From positions 1 to 64,000 of the IMG/VR virus record IMGVR_UViG_3300044946_000220: 64,000 bases of DNA. One strand, given 5' to 3'. The notes beneath the pieces are model-generated. The model did no database searches. It saw only the letters and a program-made list of their open reading frames with translations, and was not told the DNA's origin. Both the position numbers and the translations under genes were made by a program. Source of the DNA: a virus. This document shows positions 58,122-64,000 of this stretch, piece after piece. Each line of letters starts with the position of its first letter. Positions within the stretch are counted from its first letter, which is position 1.

Positions 58122-60602
58122 TTGAACTGCAGCGAAGTCTACCCGAACCTTTGGATCGGCGCCCATCCGCAAACGCTTGGAGGCAGCGTCAGCGAGATCA
58201 AGGAGGCCGGCTTTACGCTGCACCTCGATTGTCGCGGAGAATGTCCGCCAGTAGCCACGGCGCGCACTGAGATTCAGACGGCGTATCTGCCGCTTTGGGA
58301 CGACGGCTCAACGCCGCTTACGCAGGACGTGATTGCGCGCGTCCGCCAGGCTGGGAAAAACATAGCCGCATGCGTGCGGGCTGGGCGCAAGACGCTGATC
58401 ACCTGCATGGGCGGCTTCAACCGAAGTGCGCTTGTGGCGGCGTTCGCCTTGCACGAGCTTACCGGGAAGTCTGGCGCTGAGGTGACGGAGATCATCCGCG
58501 AAGCGCGCGGGCTCCCTACGCCGGAACTTGTCAAGGCCGCTGGCATCACCCACGATCCGCCGCGCCGTGCACTGAACAATCCACAATTCGTGGCCGCAAT
58601 CTTGGCGCTAGAGACGAAGACTTACGACGCCGACTGCCTCATCTACGACGCGGTTGGTGGGGCGTACACCGCGGCTGACGCCGACGGAAGCTTCGCGCTG
58701 GGCGGTAGCGAGCTTGAGGTGACGCAGATTGCGCGTGCCCTCGCCGCTAAGGGGCACAAGGTTACGGTTGCCACCGGCGCCACTGAGGCGAAGGAAATCG
58801 AAGGCGTCCGGTACGTCCCGCTCAAGCAAGCCGTGGGACAGCGCGTCAAGACTCTGTACGTCCAGCGCCACAGCCCCATGCCACAAGTGGATGCGGATCA
58901 CACGATCATCCGCTCCACGGACATGAATGAGGCCGGCTATCGCACCCATGACGCGATTCTGGCAAGCGGCAACGCCGAGCTTCTGTGTGTGAGCAAGTGG
59001 CAGGCCGGCCAATTCCAGCATGCCATCCGCCGTGCCATCGTACCGTCCCCGCTTGGCGCCATGCCGAAGGTCGACAAGGTGCCCGGGCGCTTCGTATTCG
59101 CGTCCTCGGCGGCCAAGGGTCTGGAGCCCACGCTGGGCGTCTGGATGCACATGAAGGCCGCCTACGGCCAGGAGCTGGCGTCCGCAAAGCTGCTTGTCAC
59201 GGCCCCCAGCTACAAGTTTGGCAGAGCCCCCACGCTAACGCAGTCCATGAAGGATGCGGGCGTTGAGTACGTGCCGGCCAAGTCGATGGCGCACTACCGC
59301 GAACTGATCGCCAGCGCCCGGGGTGTTTTCTACGCCTGCTGCTACCAGGAAACGGCGTGCATGATTGCCGCCATGTGCGAGCGAAGTCACACACGCTTCC
59401 ACTTCTGGCCCATGACGGGCCTCGGCGGTGTGCCGGAGATGCTGACGAACAGTCGCCTCACCGCCGACAGTCAGGACAAGTTTGAGTCCGACTTTATGGC
59501 CGCCTGGCGTGAGCCGGACAGAGCCGAGTGGTATGCCGCCGGCAAGCTGAAGGATCTCAGCGTGGACGCCGTGCTTCCGATCTGGGAGCACGCCCTCCAT
59601 TTGGCGGATCACTCCGCGCACGAAGATAAACTGCCGCTTTACATTGCCGCAGACTCTATGGCGTCACGCCCCGGGATGCCACAACCGTTTATCGCCACGC
59701 CGGCCTACGGCGGCATGCTGACGATGCCGTACACGACTTCGCTTGTGTCGCTCATGTGCGGCATGCAGAAGCTGGGGCTAGATCCAACCCTCCACCTTCT
59801 CGGCAACGAGTCGCTGATCACGCGCGCCCGCAACAACTGCGTGGCAGACTTCCTCGCCTCCAGGTGCACGCACCTGTTTTTCATTGACTCTGACATTGGC
59901 TTCACGGCACAGCACGCCGTTGACATGATGACGTCCGGATTGGACGTTGTCTTCGGTGCGTACCCCAAGAAGTCCATCGAGTGGAACAACGTGCTTCGCG
60001 CGGCGCAGGAAGGCATCGCGAAGACGCCCGAAGACTTGGCACAGTACATGGCCGGGTTCGCGCTGAACTTCACCGAGGACTCCGTCAAGACCGGCGAGTT
60101 CAAGGTGTTGGAGCGTGGCGGCCTGGCGTTCATGCCCGTCAAGGAAGCCTCCACCGGCTTCTGCTGCATTTCGCGCGCGGCGATTGAGCGCATGATTGAG
60201 GCGTATGGCAGCGAGCTTGAGTACGTCAGCGATTCCAACCTGGGATACGGCGAGAAGCGCTACGCCCTGTTTGATTGCCCCATCTGCCCAGAAGGCGACA
60301 GCGACGCGCCACTGATTGCGTTGCGCAAGGCAGCAAAGGCATACGCGATCAGTAGAGATGACGTCACCTCCAACGCCGTGCTGGATGCGGCAAGTGCGTT
60401 TGCGACGGCGACAGCTGCTGGCGCATCTCGCTACTTATCAGAGGATTACGGATTCTCGCGTCGGTGGGCTAGCCTTGGCGGCGAAGTGTATGTCTACGTT
60501 GGGGCGGCGCTAACGCACACCGGTACGCACACCTTCTACGGCGACTTCCGAAAGATGTTCACCGCAAGTGTGGATGACGCCTCAACTTACACAGCTCCTT
60601 AG
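58122..60602 (+). CDS. Fusion: dual-specificity phosphatase + GT-B-like + GT-A-like glycosyltransferase
   Basis: CMGGFNRS (CX5R); GGSE..GHKV, VSKWQ, FASSAAKGL, YQETAC; IATPAYGG, NESLITRARN, FFIDSDI, YLSEDYGF. Confidence 0.85.
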   Translation: MNCSEVYPNLWIGAHPQTLGGSVSEIKEAGFTLHLDCRGECPPVATARTEIQTAYLPLWDDGSTPLTQDVIARVRQAGKNIAACVRAGRKTLITCMGGFNRSALVAAFALHELTGKSGAEVTEIIREARGLPTPELVKAAGITHDPPRRALNNPQFVAAILALETKTYDADCLIYDAVGGAYTAADADGSFALGGSELEVTQIARALAAKGHKVTVATGATEAKEIEGVRYVPLKQAVGQRVKTLYVQRHSPMPQVDADHTIIRSTDMNEAGYRTHDAILASGNAELLCVSKWQAGQFQHAIRRAIVPSPLGAMPKVDKVPGRFVFASSAAKGLEPTLGVWMHMKAAYGQELASAKLLVTAPSYKFGRAPTLTQSMKDAGVEYVPAKSMAHYRELIASARGVFYACCYQETACMIAAMCERSHTRFHFWPMTGLGGVPEMLTNSRLTADSQDKFESDFMAAWREPDRAEWYAAGKLKDLSVDAVLPIWEHALHLADHSAHEDKLPLYIAADSMASRPGMPQPFIATPAYGGMLTMPYTTSLVSLMCGMQKLGLDPTLHLLGNESLITRARNNCVADFLASRCTHLFFIDSDIGFTAQHAVDMMTSGLDVVFGAYPKKSIEWNNVLRAAQEGIAKTPEDLAQYMAGFALNFTEDSVKTGEFKVLERGGLAFMPVKEASTGFCCISRAAIERMIEAYGSELEYVSDSNLGYGEKRYALFDCPICPEGDSDAPLIALRKAAKAYAISRDDVTSNAVLDAASAFATATAAGASRYLSEDYGFSRRWASLGGEVYVYVGAALTHTGTHTFYGDFRKMFTASVDDASTYTAP

Positions 60603-60610
60603 GATTCAAT

Positions 60611-60859
60611 ATGCCCGCAGTCAAACCCAAAAAAGACGTTGACTATACCGACACAGGCCTCCCGCCGCAGACTGACGATAAGGGCAAGCGCAAGCTGAGC
60701 CCCAGCGTGCAGAAACAGGTGAAGGCGGCCACCGGTGAACTGCCGAATTCGGTCGGTCAGCCCAAGGTTACTGGCGACGTCGAAGATGAGGCGTTCAAGA
60801 AGGCATACGAGCGCATTGAGCAGCTGAAGAAAGACAAGTCTGGCGAGCAGTATTTCTGA
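60611..60859 (+). CDS. Small Lys-rich hypothetical protein
   Basis: AGGA RBS; ends SGEQYF. Confidence 0.55.
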   Translation: MPAVKPKKDVDYTDTGLPPQTDDKGKRKLSPSVQKQVKAATGELPNSVGQPKVTGDVEDEAFKKAYERIEQLKKDKSGEQYF

Positions 60860-60904
60860 TCAGACTAACGCGTCCAGTTGGGCGTAAAGAAAGCGATTGA
60901 TAAC

Positions 60905-61135
60905 ATGGGAGCACCCAGCGTTGCGAAGCCGTCCGGTCAGCCGGACTTCAAAGAACCCAAGGTCAAGGTTGGACCGCAGTCCCCTGGCACGAAGGTGCCC
61001 AAGAGTGGCACTAATGATTTTGAGGCTGGCGGTGGCAAGAAGCAAGTCGGCTCGGCTGGCGGAGACGCCAGTGACGCGACTGATGCGTACAAGCACGAGC
61101 GTCAGGCGCAGGAAACAGGGGACTCATATTTCTGA
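60905..61135 (+). CDS. Small low-complexity hypothetical protein
   Basis: Ends TGDSYF; TGATG coupling to the next gene. Confidence 0.5.
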   Translation: MGAPSVAKPSGQPDFKEPKVKVGPQSPGTKVPKSGTNDFEAGGGKKQVGSAGGDASDATDAYKHERQAQETGDSYF

Positions 61136-61296
61136 TGCCGCTCAAGAATGGCTCTGATCCGGATACGGTCAGAAAGAACATCAAAGAGATGCGGTCTGCC
61201 GGCCACCCTCTTGACCAAAGCATTGCGGCGGCGCTGCGACAGGCGCGCGAAGATCACAACAAAGACAAGAAGAAAAAGAAGAAGGACGACAAGTGA
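61135..61296 (+). CDS. Small basic phage protein (MPLKKG...NI.E..G.P..QA.A.AL type)
   Basis: Below the ORF-track cutoff: MPLKNGSDPDTVRKNIKEMRSAGHPLDQSIAAALRQARE..KKKKKK. Confidence 0.75.
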   Translation: MPLKNGSDPDTVRKNIKEMRSAGHPLDQSIAAALRQAREDHNKDKKKKKKDDK

Positions 61297-61625
61297 CCAC
61301 AGGCGAACGGCACGTTTTCGACGACATTCAGGCCATCAGCGACGTTACCATCGCAGAGATGCTTGACCCCGAAAAGAACACCAAGGGCGGGCTCATTCTG
61401 CCAGACACGGTGGCGAAGTCTCCGATCTGGTGGAAGGTGATCAGCGTTGGACCCAAGGTAACAGACGTGAAGGTGGGGCAGCGAATCCTGTTCTCCGCCA
61501 ACGTGCCTCGCATTGAGCACGAAGGGCGCACCATCATCTCGCTCAAGCCGGATCACATCATCGGCACGCTTCCTCCGCCCAAAGAGGCGGTTGTAGAGCG
61601 CGTGTTCGATCCTACTCGATACTAA
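61293..61625 (+). CDS. groES: GroES-like co-chaperonin
   Basis: TKGGLILPD, KVISVGP, VKVGQRILF, IIGTL. Confidence 0.85.
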   Translation: MTTGERHVFDDIQAISDVTIAEMLDPEKNTKGGLILPDTVAKSPIWWKVISVGPKVTDVKVGQRILFSANVPRIEHEGRTIISLKPDHIIGTLPPPKEAVVERVFDPTRY

Positions 61626-61676
61626 TACAGGCGAACGAATCCAGGCCAGGCGCCGCTTTGCACAGGTGATTGATAA

Positions 61677-62066
61677 GTGTCAGACCACAAAGAATCTCGA
61701 CTTACCCGCATCAGCTTCCCGGCTCAAGACGCGGTTTCCCTTTTCTTCCAGCCGACGTCTTCGGCAGCCACGGGATGGGATCCGGTTTACGAGGCGGACG
61801 CGTGTGGATCTCCAGGCAAGAAGGCATGGGAGATGTGGCTCTTTGAGAGCAGTCCCGGCGTGGGATACGTAAAGGTATATCACAAGGATAGGCCCACTGG
61901 TGCCGTCAAGGTGCCGCTGTCGTCGATCAAGTCCTATGAGGAACGTTGGGCTGAAGAGCCATACAAGTCCCTTTTGCTTCGCGAGGCCGCTGCCGCCAAG
62001 GCCGGCAAAGAGGCCAGGGAAGCGGCGGCGCTGACTGAGGCGGACAAGGCTACTGCCAAGAAGTAA
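61677..62066 (+). CDS. Hypothetical protein
   Basis: 129-aa ORF, Ala/Lys tail. Confidence 0.5.
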   Translation: MSDHKESRLTRISFPAQDAVSLFFQPTSSAATGWDPVYEADACGSPGKKAWEMWLFESSPGVGYVKVYHKDRPTGAVKVPLSSIKSYEERWAEEPYKSLLLREAAAAKAGKEAREAAALTEADKATAKK

Positions 62067-62075
62067 CGGTGTGAC

Positions 62076-62690
62076 GTGGGGCATCTTGTCGAAATAAGGC
62101 ACGGTCATACGGCTTTGAACGCCGGTGGTGAGAGTGCCGAAAAAATACGTGGGTGGGCAGATGTGCCACTTGACGTAGAAGGCCGTAACGAAGCGACCAG
62201 ACTTGCTCACCGTTTTGCCAAAGACAAGGTCGTAGAGATCTACTGCAGTCCTCTTGATCGTGCACAAGAAACCGCACGCGCAATCGCCAAGTCAACCGGC
62301 GCTCCGCTGCACATAAACTTCGCGCTTATGCCGTGGCATCTGGGCTACATGACTGGCGAGCCCGTAAAGAGCGTCTTACCGATCATGAACTACCACGTGG
62401 AGCATGAGGATGAACCCGTGCGCGGAGGAGAGCCGTTCTCCGTGTACCGAAAGCGCTTCCTCGGCTTCTTGAAGCGCAAAGCGGAAGAGTCGAGTCAACT
62501 GTACGACGGCAACTTCATCCTGCTTGTCACGCATTCTCGAGGGCTTCAGATCACTAAGTCGTGGCTGAAGGCCGGATCGCCGGATGACCTGTCAATATCG
62601 GTCCCCAGGATGCTCGATTACAAAGACGAGACCAAAACTGGCGGCGAGCTGAGTCTATACGTCAAGTCTGGCAGGGCTGAGTCGGCATGA
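62076..62690 (+). CDS. Histidine phosphatase superfamily protein
   Basis: RHG, RGWADVPL, SPLDRAQETA, GGE, LVTH. Confidence 0.92.
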   Translation: MGHLVEIRHGHTALNAGGESAEKIRGWADVPLDVEGRNEATRLAHRFAKDKVVEIYCSPLDRAQETARAIAKSTGAPLHINFALMPWHLGYMTGEPVKSVLPIMNYHVEHEDEPVRGGEPFSVYRKRFLGFLKRKAEESSQLYDGNFILLVTHSRGLQITKSWLKAGSPDDLSISVPRMLDYKDETKTGGELSLYVKSGRAESA

Positions 62691-62965
62691 ATGTGAACGA
62701 CTTGGTAGCGTTAGCAGATCTCTCCGGGGTCATGCGAAGCAACGGCATTCGCCGCGCTTGCTTTGCGACAGATGGCAGCGTTTCTGAGTGTGAGCTGGAT
62801 CCGAAGTATGAGCCGCCGCCAGAGCCCGAGCGGGCGTTGACCCCTGAAGAGCAGGCGGTCGCCAAGGTGGAGCGAATGAAAGCCGCCGAGCGACAGAAAC
62901 GAATTGACGACGCCCTGATGTTTGCTGCCGCAGAGGGGTTCCCAAGGGAGCTTATTGAGTCATAA
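62687..62965 (+). CDS. Hypothetical protein
   Basis: 92-aa ORF immediately before the portal. Confidence 0.55.
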   Translation: MNVNDLVALADLSGVMRSNGIRRACFATDGSVSECELDPKYEPPPEPERALTPEEQAVAKVERMKAAERQKRIDDALMFAAAEGFPRELIES

Positions 62966-62978
62966 TATGAGCCATAGA

Positions 62979-64000
62979 GTGGCCCGCAAAACTGCACACC
63001 CGGCATAGCGTCAGTAGTCGAATACACTCCTTCTAACGACTCCAGGGATCTTCGCTGGTGGGGCCGCGATGTCAAGGACGCCGAACGGTACACTAAGCTG
63101 ATCGGGGCCGTCTCGCGGATCCGACAGAATCAGGTCGGCCGCAAGGAGATGGATCTGCGCAACATGCGCCTGTACGGCAACGCGCCGACTATGGGCCTTG
63201 GGCTGATGAACTACTCGCGCTCCAGCGTGTTCGGCGAGTCTAAGGTTGGCCTCAACGTAGTCAAGAATTGCAGCGACGCCTTCGTTGCCAAGATTACGAA
63301 AGACAAGCCCAAGGTAACGTTCGTCACTAGTGGCGGAGACTGGGACCTACAGAACCGCGCGCGCGAGCTGGAGAAGTTCGTTGACGGCCAGTTCTACGAG
63401 CTTGACATCTACACCCAGTTCACGCGCTCCGTACTGGATTCGTGCATATGGGGTACCGGATTCCTCAAGTTCTACATTGCCGGTGAAGGCAAGGAAACGC
63501 GGCTCAAGTGCAACCGAGTCTTCCCGTGGGAGATGACGGTTGACGATCAGGAGGGCCTCTACGGAGAGCCGCGCAACCTGTATCAGTCCCGCTGGATTGA
63601 CAGGCTGGTTGTGCTGGCCACGTACGGGGCGGATGACGAGGAGTTGGCCAAGAAGATTCGTGCGGCCAAGCGCGACACGGACGAAACGGACGGCATCGGC
63701 TACAACGCCACGGCCGATCAGCTTCTCGTGCGCGAGGCGTGGCACTTACCTAGCAAGTCCGGCGACACGGACGCGGCCACCACGGACGGCAGACACACGA
63801 TCGCCATTGAGAACGCAACGCTCTTCGATGAGCCGTATCTCTGCGACCATTACCCATTCGTCATCTACCGGCGCCTATACCCGCCCACTGGCTTCTGGGG
63901 CGTGGGGCTAGCCGAGGAGCTTACGGGACTTCAGATTGAGCTGAACGTCCTCATGCAGAAGGTGCAGCGGTCGTTCCACCTGCTCGGCTTTGGCCACTGG
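62979..64000 (+). CDS. Probable portal protein (partial; start uncertain, possible frameshift near 63000)
   Basis: Frame open from 62978 to the window end: RWW..RLYGN..LNVVKNCSD..KPKVTFVTSGGD..DSCIWGTG..RVFPWE..EAWHLP..GFWGVGLAEELTGLQIELN. Confidence 0.75.

Overview
The window is about 64 kb of a GC-rich tailed-phage or prophage genome with no host chromosomal context. DnaB, sliding-clamp and SSB character, a myxobacterial-type DNA-binding protein, a Cys-rich lipoprotein and sigma54-like boxes suggest a Myxococcota host (inference). Layout: (i) 1-16.4 kb, leftward arm with SSB, PD-(D/E)XK nuclease, RecT-like protein, HNH, many small ORFs and a stand-alone RAMP/Cas7-like gene preceded by a (GGN-NN)19 pentamer array; (ii) 16.4-32.9 kb, mostly rightward arm with two RNA ligases flanking a DIP1984-like coiled-coil gene plus a ~270-nt structured RNA carrying 7-nt AGC repeats, then sliding clamp, SDR, adenine MTase, nucleotide-sugar dehydrogenase, an HNH-invaded split cytosine MTase cassette, replication initiator and DnaB; (iii) 33-42 kb, leftward small ORFs behind CGG-TTGAC promoters and a G/T-skewed noncoding tract; (iv) 42-64 kb, rightward arm with a tyrosine recombinase (in-frame TGA), terminase, Thg1/kinase/phosphatases, a degenerate capsid-like paralogue, tRNA-Asn, a tRNA-like element, modification enzymes, GroES and the start of the portal gene. 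The best candidates for undescribed systems are the RAMP protein + pentamer-repeat RNA (15372-16417) and the coiled-coil protein + heptamer-repeat RNA (18172-18972). All family calls come from motif recognition by eye, not database searches.
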